From the NCBI GenBank assembly GCA_964016885.1, contig OZ024754.1:43028001-43092000 (forward strand): a stretch of DNA of 64,000 nt, in the 5' to 3' direction. How positions within the stretch are numbered: the stretch's first letter is position 1; the number at the start of each line of letters is the position of its first letter. Shown one piece after another: positions 1-11,498 of this stretch. The notes beneath the pieces were generated by a model. That model was not told the origin of the DNA and made no database searches. It worked only from the letters and a program-made list of their open reading frames with translations. The translations under genes were made by a program, and so were the position numbers. This DNA comes from Eledone cirrhosa. Lineage: Eukaryota.

Positions 1-33
1 ATAATAAAAGGGTTAAAGATATCTTGCTTCCCC

Positions 34-67
<34 letters not shown>

Positions 68-113
68 TTCTCTCTCTCTCTCCCTCTCTTCCTCTCTCTC
101 TCTCTCTCTTCTT

Positions 114-145
<32 letters not shown>

Positions 146-527
146 TCTCTCTCTCTGACTCTCTCTCGCACCCACAGCAGCCACAGAAGCCCCGAAAAAA
201 GTTATGGACACATCTCTTCCGCTGCTGATTAAACAGTAAAAAGAAAAAAAGAGAGAGAGAGAGAGAAAATGCATGATTAATTTTGAAAAAAAAAAAATGA
301 AGAAATAATGAATGCTGCGAATGTGCATATGAGTAAATAATGGAAAACACAGATGTAAATGTGAGATGACTGGTGTCTTAGTGAATAATACGTGAAGATT
401 GTCACAAAGAAGCTTCTAGAATGTCAAGAATAATATGTGAACAATGCTAAAGTCAGATTTAAAGCACACGGAATGATCAATCGGTTTACTTCCTGTAGAC
501 CACCAACCTTAACTTACACACACACAC

Positions 528-621
<94 letters not shown>

Positions 622-923
622 ATATATATACCTCACACACACATATACTCACACACACACATATATATATGTATATATATGTATATACATATATTAACAG
701 ATATGAATGTATATCTATGCATCTATATCTATTTATATAAGATATATATGCATATATATATATATATATATATGCATCTATATCTTATATAAAAAAAAAT
801 ATATATATATAAATATATATATGTGTGTGTGTGTGTGGTGTGTAAATAAATAATAAATATATGCACCTATATATATATATATATATATAGGTGCATATAT
901 TTATTATTTATTTACACACCACT

Positions 924-963
<40 letters not shown>

Positions 964-966
<3 letters not shown>

Positions 967-1202
967 CGTTTCTGAACAGAACAAAGGAGAGGCACAGAAA
1001 CAAAGAAAGGAATCCCCAGTCACTGAAGAGGTCACAGAGTGTGTGACGAAAGAATTATGACTATATATAAACAACTATCTGGTTGTGGAACCAACCAACC
1101 AACCAGAAATTTATAAATTTATTATAAATTTATTATAATAAATTGAAGTGAAAGCAACTGGTGCGTGTGTTTCTTATTGGCAACATGACCCTCCCAAAGT
1201 AT

Positions 1203-1208
<6 letters not shown>
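964..1208 (+). mobile_element. Family 1 HHR-bearing Penelope-like pLTR fragment (about 12-bp inverted tail + sense arm)
   Basis: Near-identical to the right arm of 5651-6176 and ends at the same point (ccaaagtataacaat). Starts with ttcgtttctgaa, the inverted terminus of the tail at 5593. Flanked by (TA)n. Confidence 0.75.
1018..1062 (+). ncRNA. Minimal type I hammerhead ribozyme motif, family 1
   Basis: agtca CTGAAGA g gtcaca-gagtg-tgtgac GAAA gaat TA tgact: stem I agtca/tgact, stem II gtcaca/tgtgac. Confidence 0.7.
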
Positions 1209-1245
<37 letters not shown>

Positions 1246-1489
1246 CATTAACACATATGAATACATATGCATATCTATGCATCTATATTTAGATGCATAT
1301 ATTTATTTATTTACATTCATGTCTGTGTAATACGTCAATATATATTTTATCAACACCTGGATACCAGAAACACGTTTGTGTTCAAACACACACACACGTG
1401 TGTACGAGTGTGTGTACGAGTGTGTATGTGTGTGTGTGTGTCTTAGAGAGAAAATGTATACAAGTGACATATTTTATTATTACATAATG

Positions 1490-1795
1490 TAAAATCCCGC
1501 CGAGGTTAACTTTGCCTTTCATCCTTACGGGGTCCATAAAATAAAGTACCAGTAATACACTGGGGTAATTGCTGGCCTTGTGCCAAAAGTAGAACAATTA
1601 TTATTCGGTGGATTGGCAGTATCGGTAGAGTGTCAGACACCATTCTTTTCAGCATAGAGTTATGGCCCTTTATGGTCTGAATTCAAATCCCGCCGAGGTT
1701 AACTTTGCCTTTCATCCTTACGGGGGTCCATAAAATAAAGTACCAGTAATACACTGGAGTAATTGCTGGCCTTGTGCCAAAATTAGAAACAATTA
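1490..1795 (+). mobile_element. Two tandem copies of a tRNA-derived SINE (Meta-domain-like core)
   Basis: A-box-like tggcagtatcgg, B-box-like ttcaaatcc, core gcctttcatccttacgggg-aaaataaagtaccag, 3' end ctggccttgtgccaaaa. Confidence 0.85.
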
Positions 1796-2213
1796 TTTTA
1801 TTCTGTTTCGGGAGAAAAGTAAATGGCCAGGAAACCTTTCCTGGCCTCGGAGACTGATGGGAAAGATGGAGGATTGTATCTTCAGATGAGAGACCAGGTA
1901 AGAAGGCTTGCAATGGATTAGAGTCCGTTAATATACCCGAGAATCAGAAGTTACTGTTCTATCGGTTGACTGATTAAATCTACCTCACAGGTAGGCCTCG
2001 GTGATATTTTAACTCAGACTGCAATGAGACGGAACAAATAATTGTTTCTACTTTTGGCACAAGGCCAGCAATTAACCCAGTACATTACTGGTACTTTATT
2101 TTATCAACTATCTCACTACCTCTTTCTCTCTGTCTCTTACAGCCTCTGTCCTTCTTTCTGTGTCTCTTTCTTTCTCCTTCTGTCTGTCTATCTCTCTCTT
2201 TCTCTCTGTTGGT

Positions 2214-2336
<123 letters not shown>

Positions 2337-2494
2337 CATTAAATGACCCCCAAATTTAATTATACCCATTTGTACCTATAATATTTTCCCTTTTAAACGT
2401 CCATTGTTCGGACAGTCACTTTTATTCAAACAGTCACAACTGCAACAACAACAAGATTCCCACCCCCACCACCACCACCACCACCACCACCACC

Positions 2495-2529
<35 letters not shown>

Positions 2530-3059
2530 TGTCTATTTCTTTTCTATGCTTGCCGTCGATTATCTCGACAAGTCTCCATCTGTTTATAATCAATCAAATA
2601 TTTTCTCTAAGATGATCGCCTCACCACAAAACATGGCCGAATGTCTCATTGTATTACAGTGTGTTGTTGTTGGTGTTGGTGGTGATGGTGATGTTGTTGT
2701 TGTTGGTGGTGGTGGTGATGGTGTTGTTGGTGATGTTGTTGGTGGTGGTGGTGGTGGTGATGGTGTTGGTGGTGATGGTGATGGTGATGTTGTTGTTGGT
2801 GGTGTGGTGATGGTGTTGTTGGTGATGGTGATGGTGATGTTGTTGGTGGTGTGGTGGTGGTGATGGTGTTGGTGGTGGTGTTGTTGTTGTTGTTGGTGGT
2901 GATGGTGTTGTTGGTGATGGTGATGGTGATGTTGTTGGTGGTGTGGTGGTGATGGTGTTGTTGGTGATGGTGATGGTGATGTTGTTGGTGGTGTGGTGGT
3001 GGTGATGGTGTTGGTGGTGGTGTTGTTGTTGGTGATGTTGTTGTTGTTGTTGTTACACT

Positions 3060-3210
3060 GGATCTCCCTGATAACTACGTAAAAGGGACGGGGTGGTGGT
3101 GGGGCGTTTATGTGGAATACTCAGCCACTTGCAAGTTAGTATCATGAGCAGGGTGTTCCGTTGTTCGAACAACTGGGATAATCGTCGTAGTAACCGACGG
3201 AGGTCCAATA
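3060..3210 (+). mobile_element. 3' part of a second SINE family
   Basis: ctcagccacttgca...tgttccgttg...cgtcgtagtaaccgacggag resembles an octopus SINE tail (from recall). Confidence 0.55.
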
Positions 3211-3226
3211 ACCTCTAGTTAACGAA

Positions 3227-3284
<58 letters not shown>

Positions 3285-3540
3285 AACAACACACAGAAAC
3301 CAACACATACACACACACACATATATATGTATATATATGTATACACGCACACACAAACACACACACACATATGTATATATTTATATAAACACACAAACAC
3401 ACACATACACACATACACGCATACACAAACACACAAACGCACACATACACACATAAACACATACACACACACATACACACATATATATATATATATATAC
3501 ATACATATACACACACATAAACATACACACACTCACACAT

Positions 3541-3573
<33 letters not shown>

Positions 3574-3586
3574 CACAAACACAGAA

Positions 3587-3617
<31 letters not shown>

Positions 3618-4011
3618 CATATACACACACAAAAACATACACACACACACATATATATATATATATACATATATATACATATATACACACAAACAGAGAA
3701 ACACACACATATATATATATATATATACATATACACACGCACACACACGAACACACACACATACACACATGCACGCACACACACATACACACACATACAT
3801 TAGAGCTAACCACAAACAGCATACATGCCATATAATGTAGTATGGGTGAGACCCATTTATATATTGGACAACACCCCATGTAACGTCGTCTAGGGTGTGT
3901 GGTAGAAAGATTTACCATTCTGCTTATATTTAAAATGCCACAATTTAATACTTTCCTTATTATCAACGGCATTGTTTCCAGGAGAAACTGGAGATTTTAG
4001 GACATTTTTTA

Positions 4012-4300
4012 AAAGATAAATAATCTCTGTAGTGTGTACGTGTGTATGTATGTGTATATATGTGGGTGTGTGCGTGCGTGCGTGTGTGTGTGTGTATGTG
4101 TGTGTGTGTGTATCATCATCATCATCATCATCATCAACGTTTAACGTCCGTGTTCCACGTTGATGATGATGATGATGATGATACACACATGCACACACAC
4201 ACATACACACACACACACATACACACACACGCACGCACACACACACACACATATATACACATACATACACACGTACACACTACAGAGATTATTTATCTTT
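4012..4300. repeat. Inverted duplication of local DNA centred on a LINE-tail stub
   Basis: Arms aaagataaataatctctgtagtgtgtacg...catcaacgt and acgttgatg...cgtacacactacagagattatttatcttt; spacer 4141-4156. Confidence 0.85.
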
Positions 4301-4309
4301 AGAAAAAAA

Positions 4310-4373
<64 letters not shown>

Positions 4374-4455
4374 GTGTGTGTATGTGTGAATGTGTGTGTG
4401 TATGTGTGTGTGTGTATGTGTTTGTATGTGTGTTTATGTGTATTTGTTTGTATGT

Positions 4456-4562
4456 GTAGAGCGTCAGACAGCATGTTTTGCAGTATAGAGTTACGCCCCT
4501 TTACGTTCAGAGTTCAAATCCTGCCGAGGTTAACTTTGACTTTCACCCTTACGGGGTCGATT
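4456..4562 (+). mobile_element. tRNA-SINE copy (truncated)
   Basis: gttcaaatcctgccgaggttaactttgactttcacccttacggggtcga. Confidence 0.8.
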
Positions 4563-4577
4563 ATTATTACATAATAC

Positions 4578-4621
<44 letters not shown>

Positions 4622-4639
4622 TTTTCTATTTTTCTCATG

Positions 4640-4689
4640 ACAGGCTGAAGAAATTGGAGTCCAGAACCCAACGAAATTCAAGCACCTGT
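4640..4689 (+). ncRNA. Hammerhead motif, family 4 (mutated cleavage site)
   Basis: acagg CTGAAGA a attgg...ccaac GAAA ttcaag CA cctgt; stem I acagg/cctgt. Homologous to 23550-23597. Confidence 0.6.
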
Positions 4690-5173
4690 TTATGTCACTG
4701 TTGTAATTATTTATACTAAACTCGTCATTTGGACTGAGTGCTCTTACTCTTGGATATTTCCACTTAACTTTTACTTCAGTATACACACACACACACATAC
4801 ATATATATAATATATATTGGAAAATGTGTGAAAAGAATGACTTCACTTGTTGTTTTAAACAAATTGATTTCATTTTATAATTTTATAATATAATATTATA
4901 AAATTAAATCAAATTGTTTAGAACTACAAGTGAAGTCATTCTTTTCCTTTTTTTCAAACATATATAGAAGCGAAAACCAACCAAACAGTGTGTGTGTTCA
5001 GTTATTATTTCTGACAACAATATGACTCTCCCCAAGTATAACAATATATATATATATATTTAAAAGTTAAACAAGGTTCAATGAATACATCAAAGAATGA
5101 GTTTTACAATAGATTGGAAACACTCAACAGGATCTTAACCATCTACTATGTCAGGGTATGTCATGCATCATCT

Positions 5174-5240
5174 TATTTTATCTGATGAGGACGTACTGTT
5201 GAACTTAACTCAGTACCTCTGAAATATGTATAATAAAATA
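5174..5240 (+). ncRNA. Minimal type I hammerhead motif, family 2
   Basis: tattttat CTGATGA gg..gtactg-loop-cagtac..ct GAAA tatgta TA ataaaata. Confidence 0.7.
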
Positions 5241-5280
5241 TAATTGATCACAAGAATATCTATTTTGTTAATATTTTGAA

Positions 5281-5320
<40 letters not shown>

Positions 5321-5322
<2 letters not shown>

Positions 5323-5590
5323 AAAGTTATATTTAAATTGTTGGGTTACAACTAGTAAATATTTATAACTGATATAAAAGCACTCGACAAGTATTTGGAG
5401 TATATTTACAATATTAAATAAATGGAAACTATATTTATAAAACCATATTTATTTCATTATATATATTTCAGGGATATCATATTAACAATATAATTAAGGC
5501 ATAGCATATTGTTAATATGATATCCCTGAAATATATATAATGAAATAAATATGGTTTTATAAATATAGTTTCCATTTATTTAATATTGTA
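5321..5590. mobile_element. Family 2 fold-back element (palindrome 5408-5590 plus left tail)
   Basis: Arms acaatattaaataaatgg...attaacaata and tattgttaat...ccatttatttaatattgt; apex inside HHR stem II. Tail homologous to 17608-17697. Confidence 0.75.
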
Positions 5591-5592
5591 TA

Positions 5593-6176
5593 TTTCGTTT
5601 CTGAATTTGTTTAGCAAGATTCTTTATCTGAAATCGTGTGTTGAAACCGATATTGTTATACTTTGGGAGGGTCATGTTGCCAATAAGAAACACACGCACC
5701 AGTTGCTTTCACTTCAATTTAATTTAATATATATTTATAAATTTACAAATTTATAAATTTCTGGTTGGTTGGTTGGTTCCACAACCAGATAGTTGTTTAT
5801 ATATATATAGTCATAGTTCTTTCGTCACACACTCTGTGACCTCTTCAGTGACTGGGGATTTCTTTCTTCGTTTCTGTGCCTTTCCTTTCTTCTATCCTAC
5901 GCCATTTTGTTTGTAAACAAAATGGCGTAGGATAGAAGAAAGGAAAGGCACAGAAACGAAGAAAGAAATCCCCAGTCACTGAAGAGGTCACAGAGTGTGT
6001 GACGAAAGAACTATGACTATATATATATAAACAACTATCTGGTTGTGGAACCAACCAACCAACCAGAAATTTATAAATTTGTAAATTTATAAATATATAT
6101 TAAATTAAATTGAAGTGAAAGCAACTGGTGCGTGTGTTTCTTATTGGCAACATGACCCTCCCAAAGTATAACAATA
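5593..6176. mobile_element. Family 1 fold-back element: 526-bp palindrome (5651-6176) plus about 58-bp tail
   Basis: 262-bp arms around a 2-nt spacer at 5913-5914 (gccattttgttt gt aaacaaaatggc). HHRs at 5974-6018 (+) and 5809-5853 (-). Confidence 0.9.
5974..6018 (+). ncRNA. Minimal type I hammerhead ribozyme, family 1
   Basis: agtca CTGAAGA g gtcaca gagtg tgtgac GAAA gaac TA tgact; predicted CUA cleavage. Confidence 0.75.
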
Positions 6177-6323
6177 ATATTGTATATATATATATATAAG
6201 CAAAGGGATATTTAATTTGTTGGTAATTCAACAAATATATATATTTATAACTGATTCGAAGCACTCGACAGATTTTCAGGAATCTCGTTCCTGGATATGT
6301 CAATATTTATAAAACAATCTTTG

Positions 6324-6384
6324 TATTTTATCTGATGAGAGCGTACCAAAGTTTTGGTACCCTTGAAATATATATAATAGAATA
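6324..6384 (+). ncRNA. Minimal type I hammerhead ribozyme, family 2
   Basis: tattttat CTGATGA gagc gtaccaaa gt tttggtac cctt GAAA tatata TA atagaata. Confidence 0.75.
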
Positions 6385-6427
6385 AATATGGTTTTATAAA
6401 GATAGCTTCCATTTATTAATATCATTG

Positions 6428-6461
<34 letters not shown>

Positions 6462-6670
6462 TCCAGAGATTTGATTCTGACTTAGTTTTTTTCTATTTAA
6501 TTGCTAAACTTGTAGATATTGTTCTCTATACAGTAACGGTAAACTCACTTGTAATAATTCTTTACACACATCTCACTGTGTAACACACTTCTCTTTGTGT
6601 AATATATATTTGTATATATATATATATGTATAATATTAATAAATGGAAGCTATCTTTATAAAACCATATT

Positions 6671-6731
6671 TATTCTATTATATATATTTCAAGGGTACCA
6701 AAACTTTGGTACGCTCTCATCAGATAAAATA
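6671..6731 (-). ncRNA. Minimal type I hammerhead ribozyme, family 2 (identical inverted copy of 6324-6384)
   Basis: Reverse complement of 6324-6384. Confidence 0.75.
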
Positions 6732-6799
6732 CAAAATTTGGTTTACAGATAGTGACATATCTACCGACATAAGAACTTGTTGTGAGTTCTATTTGAATA

Positions 6800-6860
<61 letters not shown>

Positions 6861-7158
6861 ATTGTTCTGCTCCTAATGTTACTAATAGTGACACCACTCA
6901 CAAGGTTTTTAGCTTATTAATTTAACCTCCATGCTGGTGGTGTTCCTGTGCAGTTGTTGTTGATCATTAACCTAACACATGCACTCTCTGATGTGCAGTT
7001 GCGGCTGATTTCTACTCTGTCACATGCATGTCATTCACAATTAATGTATCACTTGCAATCTCATATGAAATGCACAACGGCGTGCACATAGCATCTTGTG
7101 TGTGTGTGTGTGTGCATATATATATGTGTATGTGTGAGTGTGTGTATGTGTGTACGTA

Positions 7159-7192
<34 letters not shown>

Positions 7193-7919
7193 TATATAAT
7201 GTATATATTTAATGTATGTATATATACATACATATATATATCTATACACATAAATATATATATATATATATACATACATACATATATATTTATATATATA
7301 TATATGTATAAAAATATATGTATATAATAATAATAATAATAATATATATATATGATAATTATAATATACACACACATAGATACATATATATATACAAACA
7401 TATATATATATATATATATACATATATATGTATATATATATATAATGTGTATATATGTATATATGTATATATGTATATATTATAATTATTATTTGACTTT
7501 CGCACGGTCGGCCATATTGGCAATAAACGCCCCCTCCCCGCCACCTAAAAAAAAAACCCGCGTTCACTCGTCGTTCATCACTTACGTTTTATTATCAATC
7601 AATTAGATAATTGCTTATTTAAATTATTAATTATGCATTTAATTAATTGATTAATCGGTGTGTCAAATACATCCCCCACCCCCTCTTACAAGAACGGACA
7701 AATATATACACATTATAAAATACAAATGTTTGTGTGTGTATATATATGTATGTATATATATATGTATGTATATATGTATGTATGTATGTAAGTATATATG
7801 TATGTATATATGTATGTATGTATATATGTATGTATATACGTATGTATGTATGTAAGTATGTATGTATGTATGTATGTATGCATGCATGCATGTATGTATG
7901 CATTATGTATGTATGTATA

Positions 7920-8096
7920 GGGCGGTGGATTGGCAGTGTCGGTAGAGGGTCGGACGCCATGTTACGTCCCTTTACGGACTGAGTTCACATTCCGCTGAAG
8001 TTATCTTTACCTTTCATCCTTGCGGGGTCGATAAACTAAAGTACCAGTAATGTACTGGTGTAATTACTGGCCTTGTGCCTAAAGTAGAAACAATTA
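7920..8096 (+). mobile_element. tRNA-SINE copy
   Basis: ggcggtggattggcagtgtcggtagag head, same core and 3' end as the other copies. Confidence 0.85.
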
Positions 8097-8146
8097 TAAA
8101 ATACACATATTTACATGTGAGATGAATTTGCCATTGGGTTTTAGTA

Positions 8147-9166
8147 AACGTAGAGAGAAGACAGACTATGTTCTGGGGACCAAGAACTGTGTATTGTCAT
8201 CTATGAAGGGCCGTAACGTAGAGAGAAGACAGACTATGTTCTGGGGACCAAGAACTGTGTATTGTCATCTATGAAGGGCCGTAACGTAGAGAGAAGACAG
8301 ACTATGTTCTGGGGACCAGGAACTGTGTATTGTCATCTATGAAGGGCCGTAACGTAGAGAGAAGACAGACTATGTTCTGGGGACCAGGAACTGTGTATTG
8401 TCATCTATGAAGGGCCGTAACGTAGAGAGAAGACAGACTATGTTCTGGGGACCAGGAACTGTGTATTGTCATCTATGAAGGGCCGTAACGTAGAGAGAAG
8501 ACAGACTATGTTCTGGGGACCAAGAACTGTGTATTGTCATCTATGAAGGGCCGTAACGTAGAGAGAAGACAGACTATGTTCTGGGGACCAAGAACTGTGT
8601 ATTGTCATCTATGAAGGGCCGTAACGTAGAGAGAAGACAGACTATGTTCTGGGGACCAGGAACTGTGTATTGTCATCTATAAAGGGCCGTAACGTAGAGA
8701 GAAGACAGACTATGTTCTGGGGACCAAGAACTGTGTATTGTCATCTATGAAGGGCCGTAACGTAGAGAGAAGACAGACTATGTTCTGGGGACCAGGAACT
8801 GTGTATTGTCATCTATGAAGGGCCGTAACGTAGAGAGAAGACAGACTATGTTCTGGGGACCAAGAACTGTGTATTGTCATCTATGAAGGGCCGTAACGTA
8901 GAGAGAAGACAGACTATGTTCTGGGGACCAAGAACTGTGTATTGTCACCTATGAAGGGCCGTAACGTAGAGAGAAGACAGACTATGTTCTGGTGACCAAG
9001 AACTGTGTATTGTCATCTATGAAGGGCCGTAACGTAGAGAGAAGACAGACTATGTTCTGGGGACCAAGAACTGTGTATTGTCACCTATGAAGGGCCGTAA
9101 CGTAGAGAGAAGACATACTATGTTCTGGGGACCAGGAACTATGTATTGTCATCTATGAAGGGCCGT
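8147..9166. repeat. 68-bp minisatellite, 15 copies
   Basis: Unit aacgtagagagaagacagactatgttctggggacca(a/g)gaactgtgtattgtcatctatgaagggccgt; 1020 bp = 15 x 68. Confidence 0.95.
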
Positions 9167-9358
9167 TTGAAAGGTTTATAGGCTGACTACGAACGAATGA
9201 TGCTAGAGCTGTGAAATCTTGCATGAATTAATTTCACCTCTTCTTATTAATTGTTTCTATCCATTCACATATATACACAGGCACCCCCCCCCCACACACA
9301 CGTGTGTGTGAATGAAAGGTTTATGGGCTGACTACAAAGGTGTCAGTCTCACACACAC

Positions 9359-9395
<37 letters not shown>

Positions 9396-9396
9396 C

Positions 9397-9459
<63 letters not shown>

Positions 9460-9587
9460 TACATACATATATATATATATACATTTATTTATATATATAT
9501 ATATATATAAATATACATACATATATATATATATATATATAATATATATTATATATATATATATATATATAATATATATAATATATA

Positions 9588-9670
<83 letters not shown>

Positions 9671-9685
9671 TATATATATATATAT

Positions 9686-9759
<74 letters not shown>

Positions 9760-9930
9760 TGTATGTACATATTAATGCATGTATATATTAATGTATGTAT
9801 ATACATATACAAGGTTCCTTATCACAAATCCAATCATTCTTATGCTGACGGAAAGAAATCCTATCCAAACCAAAATCTCTGGGGATTTACACAACCTCCT
9901 GGAACACATCTATCTACGAGCTACTTAAAT

Positions 9931-9996
<66 letters not shown>

Positions 9997-10184
9997 TAGG
10001 TATTTGTATATGTATGTGGTGTACAGACATATATATATATATATATATATATTAGGTATTTGTATATGTACGTGTGCGTTGTGCACAGACAGATACACGC
10101 ATATGCATACGTAAGTATGTATGTGCGCGTATGTATGTATGTATGTATGTATGTATGTATGTATGTATGCATGTATGTATGCAT

Positions 10185-10343
10185 GTGCTACTTGGGTAGC
10201 ACATTGTCGAATGATGGCTCCTTGGACCTTGAAATACATCTGCGCATCCAGAAGGCCTCTGTTGCCTTCGGGTAATTGGAAAAGAAAATTTGAGCAAGGT
10301 GTGTATATATAGTTAATGTGTTCTGTCTGCTCTTTTATACCCC
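10185..10343 (+). pseudogene. RTE-clade LINE reverse transcriptase fragment
   Basis: YLGSTLSNDGSLDLEIHLRIQKASVAFG* matches the RTE RT thumb motif YLGS..EI..RI.KAS.AFG; in-frame stops follow. Confidence 0.8.
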
Positions 10344-11002
10344 GCTGGACAGCAGAAGGTCTTCAGAGAAGAAACTCTCAGGAGAGTTGGACAACAGAAG
10401 GTCTTCAGAGAAGAAACTCTTAGGAGAGTTGGACAACAGAAGGTCTTCAGAGAAGAAACTCTTAGGAGAGTTGGACAACAGAAGGTCTTCAGAGAAGAAA
10501 CTCTCAGGAGAGCTGGACAGCAGAAGGTCTTCAGAGAAGAAACTCTCAGGAGAGCTGGACAGTAGAAGGTCTTCAGAGAAGAAACTCTCAGGAGAGCTGG
10601 ACAGTAGAAGGTCTTCAGAGAAGAAACTCTCAGGAGAGCTGGACAGTAGAAGGTCTTCAGAGAAGAAACTCTCAGGAGAGCTGGACAGTAGAAGGTCTTC
10701 AGAGAAGAAACTCTCAGGAGAGCTGGACAGTAGAAGGTCTTCAGAGAAGAAACTCTCAGGAGAGCTGGACAGTAGAAGGTCTTCAGAGAAGAAACTCTCA
10801 GGAGAGCTGGACAGTAGAAGGTCTTCAGAGAAGAAACTCTCAGGAGAGCTGGACAGTAGAAGGTCTTCAGAGAAGAAACTCTCAGGAGAGCTGGACAGTA
10901 GAAGGTCTTCAGAGAAGAAACTCCCAGGAGAGCTGGACAACAGAAGGTCTTCAGAGAAGAAACTCTTATGAGAGCTGGACAGCAGAAGGTCTTCAGAGAA
11001 GA
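10344..11002. repeat. 42-bp minisatellite, about 15.7 copies
   Basis: Unit gctggacagtagaaggtcttcagagaagaaactctcaggaga (LDSRRSSEKKLSGE). Confidence 0.95.
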
Positions 11003-11224
11003 ATCCTCCCTCAAGCAAAAGTGGGTGCGAGGTGGTGGTTCGTCGGAAAATTCATTTAGATAGAAGGGATCCTTGGTAGAGAAAAGCATGGGAGAAACTG
11101 ATTTACACTCTCAGCTGCATCCCTAAGATGAGATGGCGAAAATATTACCTCGGAAAACGGCCTGCGTTACCTGCTGCCTCATCCATTCTGCCTCGGGGAT
11201 CAAACTCCGCACCTTTGTCTAGAC

Positions 11225-11498
11225 GAGGGGCGTGCAACAGGTGGCCAGCAATGAACGTTTTTAATTTTTACCTTGTAGACTTATTTAGAATTCTTTTCGC
11301 AACCGTAATACTTCTGTTAGTTGACCTATACTAAAGGGCTTCACTGATAGGGTTATGTGTGTTATAATTTCCCAGTTCTATGTTATGGAAAGAAGTTGTG
11401 GTGAATCTTTGGAATAGTGTTTAATAAATATTACTGGCCCTAAAAGTTGTTCCAATGTTCAAAAGTGGCCCGCCAATGGAATATGTTGCACACCCTTG
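11225..11498. mobile_element. hAT (Charlie-like) MITE
   Basis: Imperfect TIRs gaggggcgtgcaaca / tgttgcacacccttg; decayed 8-bp TSD gtctagac / ctctaaac (NTCTAGAN target). Confidence 0.7.

Noticed and set aside
1823-1903. Possible exon MARKPFLASETDGKDGGLYLQMRDQ with donor gtaaga and a 10-bp hairpin
   Set aside because: No recognisable homology and no partner exons.
5651-6176. Palindromes as library or assembly fold-back artefacts
   Set aside because: Judged unlikely: they are mostly confined to specific families, have fixed termini, and several show arm mismatches. Not excluded for the perfect ones without raw reads.
8147-9166. CRISPR-like array
   Set aside because: The units are identical throughout with no unique spacers, there are no cas genes, and the context is eukaryotic.
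10313-11089. Three long ORFs, and CTGAAGA on the minus strand of the 42-bp unit
   Set aside because: The ORFs arise from a stop-free repeat, and there is no GAAA on the same strand, so it is not a hammerhead.
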